This document shows positions 18,391 to 28,598 of a stretch of 64,000 bases of DNA, one piece after another (within the stretch, counting starts at the first letter, position 1; each line of letters begins with the position of its first letter). The position numbers and the translations under genes are program-made. Source of the stretch: an uncultured Gemmatimonadales bacterium (lineage in GTDB: Bacteria; Gemmatimonadota; Gemmatimonadetes; Longimicrobiales; Longimicrobiaceae); the NCBI GenBank assembly GCA_963716255.1, contig OY970303.1, positions 4,544,001 to 4,608,000 on the forward strand. Reading direction: 5' to 3'. The notes beneath the pieces are model-generated. The model searched no databases. It was not told where the DNA came from and saw only the letters and a list, made by a program, of their open reading frames with translations.

Positions 18391-19463
18391 GGCTGAAGAA
18401 CGAGGTCATCGTGGGCCTGGTGGTGGTCCTTGGGCTGCTGGTGCTGGCCGTGGGCGGCTACTGGATGACGGGACGGGCGTGGGGCGCGGAACCGCGCACG
18501 ATCATCGCCACCTTCCAGCGCGTGGGTCTGCTGGGGGAGGGGAGCCAGGTCAAGTACCGCGGGGTGGAGATCGGGCGGGTGGAGAAGATCCAGCTCTCGG
18601 AGCGGGGCGACGGCGTGTTCGTCACCATGAGCGTGGACCCGAACGTCACCTTTCCGCGGGACGCGGGGGTGCTGATCTCGGCGGAGTCGTTCTTCGGCGA
18701 CTGGCAGGCGGAGGTGGTGGGGCAGAACGGCTTCCCCGAGCTGCAGTGGGCCACCTCCACGCGCCCGGGGGTGCTGCCGGGCGCCGCACTCCCGGACATC
18801 ACGGAGCTGACCGCGGTGGCCGCGCGCATCGCCACGGACATCGAGACGCTGTCGGAGCGGGTGGAGCTGGCCTTCACCGAGGAGACGGCGATCGAGATCC
18901 GCGAGACCATCGAGAACGTGGCCGAGGTCTCGGAGCAGCTGGGCGGCTTCATCGCGCAGCAGACGGGCACCTACCGTGACGTGTCGCAGAACGTGCTGCA
19001 GGCCACCGCCAACGTGCGCGACGTCACGGCGACCGCGGAGCGGGTGGCCAACGAGTTCGGCGCGGCGGTCAACGCGGGCGACATCCAGGCGGTGACGACC
19101 AACGCCCGCATCGCCAGCGAGAACCTGCGCGACTTCAGCGCGCAGCTGGAGACCGCCGGCCAGGGCGTGCCCGGCCTCATGGCCCGCGCCGACAGCACCA
19201 TGGGCACGCTGAACCAGACGGTCGCCGGCATCCAGCCGCAGATCGCGCAGATCGGCCCGACCATCGTGGAGGCCCGAGCCGCAATCGGCACGCTGCAGCG
19301 CGCCATGGCCAAGATCGAGCAGGGCCAGGGCACCCTCGGCCGCCTGCTGGAGGATCCGGCCCTCTACGAGGAGACGCAGCGCGCCGTGTCCACGCTGCAG
19401 CGCCTGCTCGCGGACATCCAGCAGAACCCGGGCAAGTACATCGGGGCGCTGCAGGTCTTTTAG
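18387..19463 (+). CDS. mlaD: MCE/MlaD-family protein
   Basis: N-terminal TM, GSQVKYRGVEIGRV, GTLGRLLEDPALY. Confidence 0.9.
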   Translation: MRLKNEVIVGLVVVLGLLVLAVGGYWMTGRAWGAEPRTIIATFQRVGLLGEGSQVKYRGVEIGRVEKIQLSERGDGVFVTMSVDPNVTFPRDAGVLISAESFFGDWQAEVVGQNGFPELQWATSTRPGVLPGAALPDITELTAVAARIATDIETLSERVELAFTEETAIEIRETIENVAEVSEQLGGFIAQQTGTYRDVSQNVLQATANVRDVTATAERVANEFGAAVNAGDIQAVTTNARIASENLRDFSAQLETAGQGVPGLMARADSTMGTLNQTVAGIQPQIAQIGPTIVEARAAIGTLQRAMAKIEQGQGTLGRLLEDPALYEETQRAVSTLQRLLADIQQNPGKYIGALQVF

Positions 19464-19659
19464 GGAACGGCGGTCCTCACCCGGCTCGCTTGAGGCTCGC
19501 CACCCTCTCCCTTCATCCGGTTCACGCGAAGCGTGAAGCGCCATTCTGGGAGAGGGGGCAACTGCTCGATTCTGTGCAGTCGTCCCCTCCCTCGCTTGCG
19601 GGGGAGGGGTGGCGCGCAGCGCCGGGGTGGGGGCGCCAGCGGACGCCAGCGCGAAACCC

Positions 19660-19789
19660 GCGTGAGGGATTTCGGCCCGAAGGGGCGAGACCCGACAGCA
19701 GTATCGTCGGGGCTCGACTCCGTTGCAGACGGTAGTTTTGTCTGCTACGGAGCCGAAGCCCGACCCCGGCGCCAGCCGGGGACACGCCC
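19660..19789 (+). repeat. Repeat family A copy 4
   Basis: Direct match with covarying stems. Confidence 0.9.
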
Positions 19790-19824
19790 AAACCAGCAGT
19801 TCGTCTCTTGGATTGTAGAAACCG

Positions 19825-21105
19825 ATGCTGATCGTCCAGAAGTACGGGGGAACGTCGGTGGGAACGCCGGAGCGCATCCGGGCGGTCGCGAAGCGCGTGG
19901 CGGCGGTGCGGGCGCGCGGCGACGACGTCGTGGCCGTGGTCTCGGCGATGGGGGACAGCACGGACGACCTGCTGGAGCTCGCGGAGCAGGTGACCGGGAC
20001 CGACACGCCGGGCAGGGCCCACCCGCGCGAGGTGGACATGCTGCTCACCGCGGGGGAGCGCATCTCCATGGCGCTGCTGGCCATGGCCATCCGCGAGGAG
20101 GGGGCGGAGGCCATCTCGCTCACCGGGAGCCAGGCGGCCATCATCACCGACGGCACGCACACCGCCGCGCGGATCCGCGAGGTGCGCGCGGGGCGCGTGC
20201 GCGAGGCGCTGGCGGAGGGGTGCGTGGTCATCGTGGCGGGGTTCCAGGGCGTCAGCGCGGAGCGGGAGATCACCACGCTGGGGCGCGGCGGCTCGGACAC
20301 CTCGGCGGTGGCGCTGGCGGCGGCGCTTCAGGCGGACCGCTGCGAGATCTTTACCGACGTGGACGGCGTCTTCACCGCGGACCCGCGGCGCGTCCCGGAG
20401 GCGCGCGTGGTGCCGCAGGTGTCGCACGCGGAGATGATCGAGCTGGCCGCGGCCGGGGCGCAGGTCATGCATGCTCGCGCGGTCGACATCGGCGCCCGCT
20501 ACGGCGTGGACATCCGCGTGCTCTCGTCGTTCGTGGACGACGGCGCGGACACGGAGGGGCGCGGCACACTCATCACCCGGGAACCGGTCCGCATGGAAGA
20601 GCTGGCGCTTACGGGGATCACCACCCAGAAGGGGCACGCGAAGATCGCGATGCGCGGCCTCCCCGCGGGGATGGCCACCTCCACCGAGCTGCTGGCGCGC
20701 CTGGCCGAGGCGGGCGTGGCCGTCGACATGATCTCGGAGCACCAGGAGCCTTCCGGGCGGGTTTCGCTGCAGGTCACCGTCTGGCAGGACGCGCTGGACC
20801 GCGCGCGCGTCGTGGTGGAGGAGCTGCGCGCCCGGCTGGGGGGCGGGGAGTGGAGCGTGCTGGAGAACCTGTCGCGCGTGGCGCTGGTGGGGAGCGGGAT
20901 GACGGGGCGCCCGGGGGTGTACGCCCGCGCCTTCCGCGCCCTGCTGGACGCGGGGGTGGAGGTGCAGGCCGTTTCCACCTCGGCCATCTCCATCACCCTC
21001 CTGGTGGCGGCGGATCGGGAGGACGACGCGCTGCGGGCGCTGCACCGCGCCTTCGAGCTGGAGCGCGCCGCGGACGAGGCCCGCGTCGCCCCGGCCGGCC
21101 GGTAG
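19825..21105 (+). CDS. lysC: Aspartate kinase
   Basis: [26 protein letters not shown] domains. Confidence 0.95.
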   Translation: MLIVQKYGGTSVGTPERIRAVAKRVAAVRARGDDVVAVVSAMGDSTDDLLELAEQVTGTDTPGRAHPREVDMLLTAGERISMALLAMAIREEGAEAISLTGSQAAIITDGTHTAARIREVRAGRVREALAEGCVVIVAGFQGVSAEREITTLGRGGSDTSAVALAAALQADRCEIFTDVDGVFTADPRRVPEARVVPQVSHAEMIELAAAGAQVMHARAVDIGARYGVDIRVLSSFVDDGADTEGRGTLITREPVRMEELALTGITTQKGHAKIAMRGLPAGMATSTELLARLAEAGVAVDMISEHQEPSGRVSLQVTVWQDALDRARVVVEELRARLGGGEWSVLENLSRVALVGSGMTGRPGVYARAFRALLDAGVEVQAVSTSAISITLLVAADREDDALRALHRAFELERAADEARVAPAGR

Positions 21106-21111
21106 CCGCGC

Positions 21112-22119
21112 ATGCACGTCGCGATCCTGGGCGCCACGGGCGCCGTCGGCCGGACCATGCTCCGGGTGCTGGAGGAGCGCCGCCTGCCGGTGGAGCGGCT
21201 GACGCTGCTGGCGTCGGAGCGCTCGGCGGGGACCGTGGTGCAGTGGGGCGGGCGCGAGCACGTGGTCGCCGCGCCGGCGCCGGGCGCCTTCCGCGGGGTG
21301 GACTACGCGCTCTTCTCGGCGGGCGCGGACCGCTCCCGCACCTGGGCGCCGGTGGCGGCGGACGAGGGCGCGGTGGTGGTGGACAATTCCTCGGCGTGGC
21401 GCATGGACCCGCGGGTGCCGCTGGTGGTGCCGGAGGTCAACCTGGCCGCGGCGCGCGAGCGGCCCCGGGGGATCGTCGCAAACCCCAACTGCTCCACCAT
21501 CCAGATGGTGGTGGCGCTGCAGGCCATCCGCAGGGCGGCGGGGCTCACGCGCGTGATCGCGACCACCTTCCAGTCGGCGAGCGGGGCGGGGGAGACGGGG
21601 CGCGAGGCGCTGCGGCGGGAGCTGGGGGGCGAGGGGCTGAAGCTGCCGCGCCTGGCGCAGCCGGTGGAGGGCTCGCCCTTCGCGCGGCGCATCGCGGAGA
21701 ACGTGATCCCGCAGATCGGCGACTTCGACGACGAGGGGTGGTCGGGGGAGGAGCGCAAGATGATCGCGGAGACGCGCAAGATCCTGGACCTGCCGGAGCT
21801 CCCCGTGGCGGCCACCTGCGTGCGCGTTCCCGTGGACGTGGGCCACGCGGTGCAGGTGACGGTGGAGACGGAGCGCGACCTTTCCGCCGACGGGGCGCGG
21901 CGCGCGCTCGCGCTCTTCCCGGGGATCCTGCTGCAGGCGGGGCACGAGGCGTATCCCACGCCGCTGGAGGTGGAGGACCGCGACCAGGTGTTCGTGGGGC
22001 GCATCCGCCAGGACCCGTACCTGCCGCGGACGCTTCACTTCTGGGTGGTGGCGGACAACCTGCGCAAGGGCGCGGCCACCAACGCGGTGCAGATCGTGGA
22101 GGGGCTCGCGGGTGGGTAG
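21112..22119 (+). CDS. asd: Aspartate-semialdehyde dehydrogenase
   Basis: GATGAVG, ANPNCST, DNLRKGAATNAVQI. Confidence 0.96.
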   Translation: MHVAILGATGAVGRTMLRVLEERRLPVERLTLLASERSAGTVVQWGGREHVVAAPAPGAFRGVDYALFSAGADRSRTWAPVAADEGAVVVDNSSAWRMDPRVPLVVPEVNLAAARERPRGIVANPNCSTIQMVVALQAIRRAAGLTRVIATTFQSASGAGETGREALRRELGGEGLKLPRLAQPVEGSPFARRIAENVIPQIGDFDDEGWSGEERKMIAETRKILDLPELPVAATCVRVPVDVGHAVQVTVETERDLSADGARRALALFPGILLQAGHEAYPTPLEVEDRDQVFVGRIRQDPYLPRTLHFWVVADNLRKGAATNAVQIVEGLAGG

Positions 22120-22621
22120 GAGGCGGCGCGGCGGGACCCAGCGCGGCGGGCGGGCGCGCATCGAGACCAGCGCGGGCGGGGTGATCTTCCGCTGGCACGG
22201 CGAGGCGGCGCACGTGCTGCTGATCCGCGACCGCTACCAGCACTGGGGGTTTCCCAAGGGGCACCTGGAGGGCGAGGAGACGCCGGCGGACGCGGCTTTA
22301 CGGGAGGTGCGGGAGGAGACGGGGCTGGGCGACCTGGTGCTGGGGCCGCGGCTGCAGACCATCGACTGGTTCTTCCGGTTCCGGGGGCGGCTGATCCACA
22401 AGTACTGCCACTTCTACCTGATCGAGGCGCCCACCGGGGACACGTGCCCGCAGGAGGAGGAGGGGATCACGGAGTGCCTGTGGCTGCCGCTCCAGGAGGC
22501 GATCGACTCCATCTCGTACGACAACGCGCGGGAAGTGCTCCGGCTGGCGGCGGAGCAACTGATGGGGGAGCTGGCGCGGCACGGGGTTACGGAGATGGGA
22601 GGGAGCCGGGAGGGGGGCTGA
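22112..22621 (+). CDS. NUDIX hydrolase
   Basis: Nudix box GHLEGEETPADAALREVREETG. Confidence 0.9.
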   Translation: MGRRRRGGTQRGGRARIETSAGGVIFRWHGEAAHVLLIRDRYQHWGFPKGHLEGEETPADAALREVREETGLGDLVLGPRLQTIDWFFRFRGRLIHKYCHFYLIEAPTGDTCPQEEEGITECLWLPLQEAIDSISYDNAREVLRLAAEQLMGELARHGVTEMGGSREGG

Positions 22622-22653
22622 TACGGTTGTGACGGGGTGAAAGATCGGGGTTC

Positions 22654-22782
22654 GGGCGTGCCCCCGGCTGGCGCCGGGGTCGGGCTTCGGCTCCGTAAGC
22701 CCGCAAACAACGCGGGCTAACGGAGTCGAGCCCCGGCAAACAGCCGCCGGGTCTCGCCCCTTCGGGCCGAAATCCCTCACGC
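22654..22782 (-). repeat. Repeat family A copy 5
   Basis: Reverse complement match to family A. Confidence 0.92.
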
Positions 22783-23018
22783 GGGCGTCGCGCTGGCGTC
22801 CGCGAGGGTGGGCCCCCTCACCCCCCGGCCCCCTCTCCCCCGCAAGCGGGGGAAAGGGGGGTGAACGGCACGGCATCGCCTCCTTCGGCGCCTTGCAGGT
22901 GCCCGGGGGGTCCGGAAGGGTGGGTCGGAGATCGCGCGTACAGGCCGCCGCGGACGAGCTTCCGGGCGGCTTCGTCGTTCAGGGAACGGTGGGAACGACC
23001 CGGGGAAAGGAGGAGGCC

Positions 23019-23336
23019 GTGGAGTGGCTGGCGCCTTGGTATTCGATCGCCGACAACGCCGGCCAGGTGAGCGGCATGGAAGCGGAGCTGCGCCGCGAGC
23101 TGGGGCGGGGCCACCCGCTGTTCGGGGTGCCGGTGCGGGCCGTCGCGCGCCGCGAGGACCGCGACGACGTGCTCTTCACCCTGGAAGACGGGACCGGGAG
23201 GGTCGCGGTGGTGCACCTGACCTGGACGTACAGCCCGCCGGAGCGGCCGCCCTGGCCGGACACGGTGGTGTACCCGAGCTGGGACGACTGGGTCGACGAA
23301 GGGATGCGGGCCGACCACCGCGATCCCCGGGCGTAG
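23019..23336 (+). CDS. Hypothetical protein (ELxRELxxGHPL...DDVLF...AVVHLTW)
   Basis: GTG after a GGAGGAGG RBS; globular composition. Confidence 0.75.
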   Translation: MEWLAPWYSIADNAGQVSGMEAELRRELGRGHPLFGVPVRAVARREDRDDVLFTLEDGTGRVAVVHLTWTYSPPERPPWPDTVVYPSWDDWVDEGMRADHRDPRA

Positions 23337-23439
23337 GTCGCGCCGCACGGGGTGGGATTGGCGGTAGAGCCGCTGATGTCGGGTGTGTGGAGGTCGCTTC
23401 GGGCGGGGTCCGGGGCGGCCTTCGTGTTTCTTGCGCCGG

Positions 23440-23487
23440 GGCCGCTCCGGAGCCGGACGATACTGCCGTCCGTCTCCTGCGCGGGCT
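23440..23487 (+). repeat. Repeat family B partial copy (first module only)
   Basis: Matches the 5' part of the copy at 5257. Confidence 0.75.
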
Positions 23488-23575
23488 TGCCGCCGCAGAC
23501 GCATGGTCTGAAAAAGCGGCGCGGCGTGGGAAGCTCCCACGCCGCGCCGCCTGACTCGGTCCCGCCTTCGGGCGG

Positions 23576-23830
23576 CTACTCGCCGCCCTCGCGCAGCCTG
23601 CGGCCCAGCCACAGGCCCAGCGGCACCGCCACCGCCGCGGCCCCCAGGCCCACGGCGGCGCTGCGTCCGCCGAGCGCGCCCAGGGCGCTGCGCTTGGGCG
23701 CGGGACGGACCCGCTCCACCGCCCACTTCGTCGCCTTCATCAGCGCGGCCTTGCGCGGGTTCTTCGCGGCGAACATCATCTTCGGGGCCGCGGCCCACGC
23801 CGCTGCCTTCACGAGCTGGCTCTTCCTCAT
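23576..23830 (-). CDS. Small basic protein with a C-terminal membrane anchor
   Basis: MRKSQLVKAAAW...; GGAGGAG RBS. Confidence 0.65.
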   Translation of the reverse strand: MRKSQLVKAAAWAAAPKMMFAAKNPRKAALMKATKWAVERVRPAPKRSALGALGGRSAAVGLGAAAVAVPLGLWLGRRLREGGE

Positions 23831-23977
23831 GGTGCTCCTCCCGTTCGGTTGCGTCCCGCCGATCCGGTTTCCCACCCTTGCAGGAAGCGTGCACGCGGGC
23901 CGGATTCCTGCCTCGCCCCGCGGCCGATCCTGGACGATCCTTCTCCCTCCGCACCCACCACGCAGCCGATGCTCGAC

Positions 23978-25300
23978 ATGCAGACCCCGCCGTCCCCGGC
24001 GCAGTCCGACGGCCTCAACTGGCGGACCATCCACGCCGTGGTGGTGGTGATCGTCCTGGCGCTCTTCCTGTACTCGCTGCAGGCGCTCCTCAACCCGTTC
24101 CTGCTGTTCCTGCTCTTTTTGTTCCTGGTCTCGCCCAGCGCCGGGTCGCGGCACCACGTGCTGCTGGTGAGCGCCACCGGCGTGCTGACGCTGATCTGGC
24201 TTCTCCAGACCACCGGGTTCCTGCTCGCGCCCTTCTTCCTGGCGGTGGTGCTCGCGTACATCCAGCACCCGCTGGTGAGCCGGCTGGAGCGGCGGGGGAT
24301 GTCGCGGAACACGGCGGTGCTCGCGCTGGCGATCCCGGGGGTGATCCTGCTGGGGCTGCTCGTCGGCTTCGGGCTGCCGGCGCTGGCGGCCCAGGTGGCC
24401 GGGTTCATCCAGAACGTCCCGGGATACATCCAGGGGTTCACGCAGCGCGTGGAGCAGTGGCAGCTGGTGCTGCAGCGGCGCGACCTGCCGTACGTGGACG
24501 AGGAGGCGCTGATCGCGCGGCTGCGCTCCGTGCGCCCGGAAGCGGTGGCGGCGTACCTCCAGGAGCGGCAGTCGGCGCTGGCGGCGGCGGCGTGGCGGGG
24601 AGTGCTGGGAGTGGGACGGGGGGTCAGCTCGCTGCTGACGCTGCTCAGCTACGTGTTCCTCACCCCCATCCTGGTGTTCTACCTGCTGCGCGACTGGGAC
24701 CGCGTCACCGGCAGCCTGGCCGGGCTGGTGCCGCCGGGGCAGCAGGGGCGCGTGCTGGGCTTCTTCCGCGAGTACGACCGTCTCCTGGCCGGCTACCTGC
24801 GCGGCAACTTCCTGGAGTCGGCCATCGTGGGGGTGCTCACCTGGCTGGGCTACTGGGCGCTGGGCGTCCCCTACGCCCTGCTGCTGGGGGTGATCGCCGG
24901 GGTGTTCAACGTCATCCCCTACATGGGGCTGATCGTGTCCGTGATCCCGGCGATCATCATCGCCCTGTTCACCGCCAACATCCTCCTTTCGCTCGGAAAA
25001 GTTTTCCTGGTCTTCATCGTCGTGCAGCTCCTGGACGGCTCGTACATCGGGCCCAAGATCGTCGGCGAGGCCGTGGGGCTGCATCCCGTCTGGATTATCC
25101 TGGCGCTCTCGATGGCCGGGTACTTCTTCGGGTTCGTGGGTCTGCTCCTTGCCGTTCCCCTGGCCGTCCTCGTGAAACTTCTGCTCGCTTCCGCGCTCAC
25201 CCGGTACCGCGGCTCCGTGCTCTTCCGGGGGGGAGAGGCGAGCATCGCCACGGGCGAGCCGATCGGCGCGGACGCCGGACCGGCTCCCGCGGAAGCGTAG
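23978..25300 (+). CDS. AI-2E (PerM) family transporter
   Basis: FYLLRDW, FNVIPYMG, PKIVGEAVGLHPVW; start may be 23969. Confidence 0.9.
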   Translation: MQTPPSPAQSDGLNWRTIHAVVVVIVLALFLYSLQALLNPFLLFLLFLFLVSPSAGSRHHVLLVSATGVLTLIWLLQTTGFLLAPFFLAVVLAYIQHPLVSRLERRGMSRNTAVLALAIPGVILLGLLVGFGLPALAAQVAGFIQNVPGYIQGFTQRVEQWQLVLQRRDLPYVDEEALIARLRSVRPEAVAAYLQERQSALAAAAWRGVLGVGRGVSSLLTLLSYVFLTPILVFYLLRDWDRVTGSLAGLVPPGQQGRVLGFFREYDRLLAGYLRGNFLESAIVGVLTWLGYWALGVPYALLLGVIAGVFNVIPYMGLIVSVIPAIIIALFTANILLSLGKVFLVFIVVQLLDGSYIGPKIVGEAVGLHPVWIILALSMAGYFFGFVGLLLAVPLAVLVKLLLASALTRYRGSVLFRGGEASIATGEPIGADAGPAPAEA

Positions 25301-25394
25301 GAGACGGACGGGCAGGGACCCCGGCCGTACGCCGGGCGCAGTCGTCGTGGGGCGGGGCGGCGGGGCGAGCCGGAAACTCTGTCCGGAGGTGACG

Positions 25395-26003
25395 ATGAGC
25401 TACAGGGTCGAACGGGAGAGCCGGGGGCCGCGCCGCGCGCGCGGCCGCCGCGGCTGGATCTCGTCGGGGGTGACGGGCGTGGTGGTGGTGGCGCTGGGGG
25501 TGCTGTGGGCCTGCGTCCCGCGCGGACCGGCGGGGCCCGCCCCGGCGGCGCCCGCCGCGCCGCAGGGGTTCGTGGCGACCGCGGTGGCGCGCCCGTCGCC
25601 GCCGCCCGCCGAGCCGCTGCGGGTGGGGGCGGAGCTGGAGCGCGAGCTCAGGGAGAGCGTGCGCGCTCCCGCGGCCCCGGCTCCCGCCGCGCCGCTCTTC
25701 CGCATCTCGGCGCGGCACGAGATGTCCTCCACCATGTACTGTCTCAAGGGACGCACCCGCACCGGGATCCGCACGCGCGACGGGGTGGCCGCGGCCGACC
25801 CGGAGTTCCTGCCGCTGGGCTCCGTGGTGCGCCTTTCCAGCCGCGACGGCCGCCCGCTGGGGGTGTTCGTGGTGATGGACACCGGCGGGGCGGTGAAGGG
25901 GCGCAAGATCGACATCTACGTGGACGACTGCGACGAGGCCAGGCGCTGGGGGCGCAGGCAGGTGACGGCGGAGGTGCTGGACCTGGGCCGCGACGCCGTG
26001 TGA
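25395..26003 (+). CDS. 3D-domain (peptidoglycan lytic) protein
   Basis: AAADP..LPLGS, DTGGAVKGRKIDIY. Confidence 0.88.
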   Translation: MSYRVERESRGPRRARGRRGWISSGVTGVVVVALGVLWACVPRGPAGPAPAAPAAPQGFVATAVARPSPPPAEPLRVGAELERELRESVRAPAAPAPAAPLFRISARHEMSSTMYCLKGRTRTGIRTRDGVAAADPEFLPLGSVVRLSSRDGRPLGVFVVMDTGGAVKGRKIDIYVDDCDEARRWGRRQVTAEVLDLGRDAV

Positions 26004-26041
26004 TAGCGGATTCGGTTTGAACGGCCTGGCACGGCGGGTTT

Positions 26042-26170
26042 GGGCGTGCCCCCGGCTGGCGCCGGGGTCGGGCTTCGGCTCCGTAAGCCCGCAAACAACG
26101 CGGGCTAACGGAGTCGAGCCCCGGCAAACAGCCGCCGGGTCTCGCCCCTTCGGGCCGTAATCCCTCACGC
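26042..26170 (-). repeat. Repeat family A copy 6
   Basis: Near-identical to copy 5. Confidence 0.92.
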
Positions 26171-26452
26171 GGGCGTCGCGCTGGCGTCCGCGGGGGTGGG
26201 CCCCCTCACCCCCCGGCCCCCTCTCCCCCGCAAGCGGGGGAAAGGGGGAGAACCGCACGGCATCCCTGCCCTCGGTGTCTTTGAGATGCTCCAGGGAACC
26301 TGATCCGCACGGATTCCGCGTGAGGTGAGCCCCTGCCGGACCGTCCGCCCGGCGGGCGGGGTACAAGGCGGCGCGGGACCGGGGATCCGGTCCCGCGCCG
26401 TCGTTTTCCGGGAGCCTTCTCCCGCCTCTTTCACCGGACCCGGGCCGTACGC

Positions 26453-26818
26453 GTGGCTGCGCTGCTGAGCTTTCTCCTCGTTCTCCTGGCCGCCGCCGGG
26501 GTGGCCGCGCTGGCCGGGCGGCTGCTGGGCTCGCTGCTCCGCCTGGGGCTCGCCGCGGCCGAGAAGACCCACAACGACGGCCTGGTGGACGCCAGCCTCC
26601 GCCGCGGCGACCTGACGGCGCTGGTGGAGCGCCAGGCCCAGGTGAAGACGCTGCGGCGCTCGCGGGGGCGCTCCGCGCTCCTGGTGGCGCTCTGGACGGC
26701 GCTGCTGGTGGCCCCGGCGCTGGCCGGATGGGGGCGCGAGGCGTACGCGCTCTCGTCGCTGCTGTGGCTCCTCCCGGGCCGCCCCGCCCTCCCGCGCCGC
26801 GCCGCGACCCCGTCGTAG
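26453..26818 (+). CDS. Hypothetical membrane protein
   Basis: 121-aa ORF with hydrophobic segments. Confidence 0.6.
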   Translation: MAALLSFLLVLLAAAGVAALAGRLLGSLLRLGLAAAEKTHNDGLVDASLRRGDLTALVERQAQVKTLRRSRGRSALLVALWTALLVAPALAGWGREAYALSSLLWLLPGRPALPRRAATPS

Positions 26819-27022
26819 CCGGCGGGCGGAACTCCCCGTCTTCTGCGAAATTTCGTTACAGCTCCGTGGCCCGGGCGTGGACAAACGCTCGATTATCCAC
26901 GCGACATTTCCCGCCGGGTGGATAACTGCCGCACGGCGTGGCGCCTTTCAACGGCGCCCGGCGGGCTGCGCCGAGCACCGGGCGAGGGCCGGCGTGCCCC
27001 GCCGGCCCGTGGAGAGAGAGCG

Positions 27023-27304
27023 ATGAGCGGGAAGGCCGTGCTTTCGGAGGAAAGGCTGGCGGAGATCGAGGTGCGGCTGGGCCGCGCGACGCCGGGGCCG
27101 TGGGCGTACAAGGACCGGCTGGGCGGCGGCGGCTGCTTCGTGTTCTCGGAGGACACCTTCCACGTGGTCGCCGTGGAGGAGGACGAGGAGGCCGCGGTCT
27201 CCGTCCCCCTGGGGCGGGAAGACGCGGCGTTCATCGCCGGCGCCCGCGAGGACGTCCCCCTCCTGCTGGCGGAGGTCCGCAGGCTGCGCGCGATCCCCGC
27301 GTGA
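27023..27304 (+). CDS. Phage ead/Ea22-like small protein
   Basis: ATPGPW...DAAFIAGAREDVPLLLAEVRRLR. Confidence 0.65.
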   Translation: MSGKAVLSEERLAEIEVRLGRATPGPWAYKDRLGGGGCFVFSEDTFHVVAVEEDEEAAVSVPLGREDAAFIAGAREDVPLLLAEVRRLRAIPA

Positions 27305-27427
27305 GGGATTTCGGCCCGAAGGGGCGAGACCCGCGGGCAGTTTCGCGGGGCTCGACTCCGTTGCACACGGTTGTTCCGTGTGCTACGGAGCCGAAGCCCG
27401 ACCCCGGCGCCAGCCGGGGGCACGCCC
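27299..27427 (+). repeat. Repeat family A copy 7 (supplies the TGA of the upstream CDS)
   Basis: Direct match to family A. Confidence 0.92.
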
Positions 27428-27449
27428 GAACCCGCCGTTCAAAGCGGTT

Positions 27450-28274
27450 TCAGCGCAACCCGGTACGCGTCCACAGCGCCACGACACCGCAGCCGGCGTT
27501 GGTGACCCGGAACTCCGCCGGGATCTCGCCCGCGCCGCGGTACACCTCGATGGCCTCCAGGCTGTTCATGAGGACGTCGTCGATGCTGGCCAGCTGCACC
27601 TGCACCCCGTCCAGGTACACGAGCATCTCGCAGACGATGGGCCCCGCGCCGCCCCGGGCCTGCATTCCGGAGCGGGTCGCCCCGCCCGCCGACCCGCGCA
27701 CGGACAGGGAAGGTCCGAAGCGCACCGTCTGCAGAGTGTAGCTGTCGTTGCCCGCGGGGACCACGCGGATGCCGCGCACCCGCCAGAAGATCTCGCTGGT
27801 GCGCCGGGCGCGGGTCTTCTCGATGTCCTCGCGCGTCAGGAAAGTGCCCATCCCCGACTCCCTGCGCCGGTAGAAGCCGGCCGCCGCGAGCGAGCCGTTC
27901 TCGCTCCGGGCCACCGCCGTCACCCCCTGCACGGCCACCGGGGCCGGCTCCAGTTCCACGTCCACCTCCATCCCGCCCGAGTCCGGTACCTCAAGGTGGA
28001 ACTCGGCGGGGCGGTAGCCGATGCGCGCTACCAGCACGAAGACGCGCCCGGGCTGCACCCCCGGCAGCCGCACCCAGCCGCTCTCGTCGGACACGCCCTC
28101 GGCGCCGCTCCCCACCACCACGCGGGCGCCGGGGATGGGGGCGTCGGCGCCGTCCACCACGCGGAGGGCCACGCCGGCCGGGCGGATGGGGGCCTGCTGC
28201 GCCGCGGGAGCGGTGGGGACGACGAGGAGCGCCGCCGCGAGAAGGGCGAGCCGGGCGGCGAGGCGTCGGGTCAT
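27450..28274 (-). CDS. Secreted protein with carboxypeptidase-regulatory-like and TonB plug-like domains
   Basis: Signal peptide, ARIGY, GFYRRR, LEAIEVYRG, GCGVVALWTR. Confidence 0.82.
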   Translation of the reverse strand: MTRRLAARLALLAAALLVVPTAPAAQQAPIRPAGVALRVVDGADAPIPGARVVVGSGAEGVSDESGWVRLPGVQPGRVFVLVARIGYRPAEFHLEVPDSGGMEVDVELEPAPVAVQGVTAVARSENGSLAAAGFYRRRESGMGTFLTREDIEKTRARRTSEIFWRVRGIRVVPAGNDSYTLQTVRFGPSLSVRGSAGGATRSGMQARGGAGPIVCEMLVYLDGVQVQLASIDDVLMNSLEAIEVYRGAGEIPAEFRVTNAGCGVVALWTRTGLR

Positions 28275-28416
28275 GGGCGTGCGGTGAGGGGGAGCCGAGG
28301 GGGGTGTGGCGAGTTCCCGTGCCGGAGGATTGCGCCGGGCGGCGGCCGGCACAAGCCCTTTGGGGCCATGGCGGAGCGAAGTTCCCGCCACCCTCGCGGA
28401 CGCCAGCGCCGTTCCC

Positions 28417-28560
28417 GCGTGAGGGATTTCGGCCCGAAGGGGCGAGACCGCGCGGCACCTCAGTTCATTGGTGCTGGCGCGGGCTCGACTCCGTAACGCA
28501 CGGTTGTTTCGTGCGTTACGGAGCCGAAGCCCGACCCCGTCGCCAGCCGGGGGCACGCCC
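28417..28560 (+). repeat. Repeat family A copy 8 (extended second hairpin)
   Basis: About 15 nt extra, including GCACC/GGTGC, inside P4. Confidence 0.88.
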
Positions 28561-28598
28561 GAATCCGCCGTTCAAAGCTGTCCCGACCGGGTCCGGCC

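Noticed and set aside
19660..19789. Lysine riboswitch or other leader upstream of lysC
   Set aside because: The structured sequence is simply repeat A copy 4, which is also found antisense and beside unrelated genes
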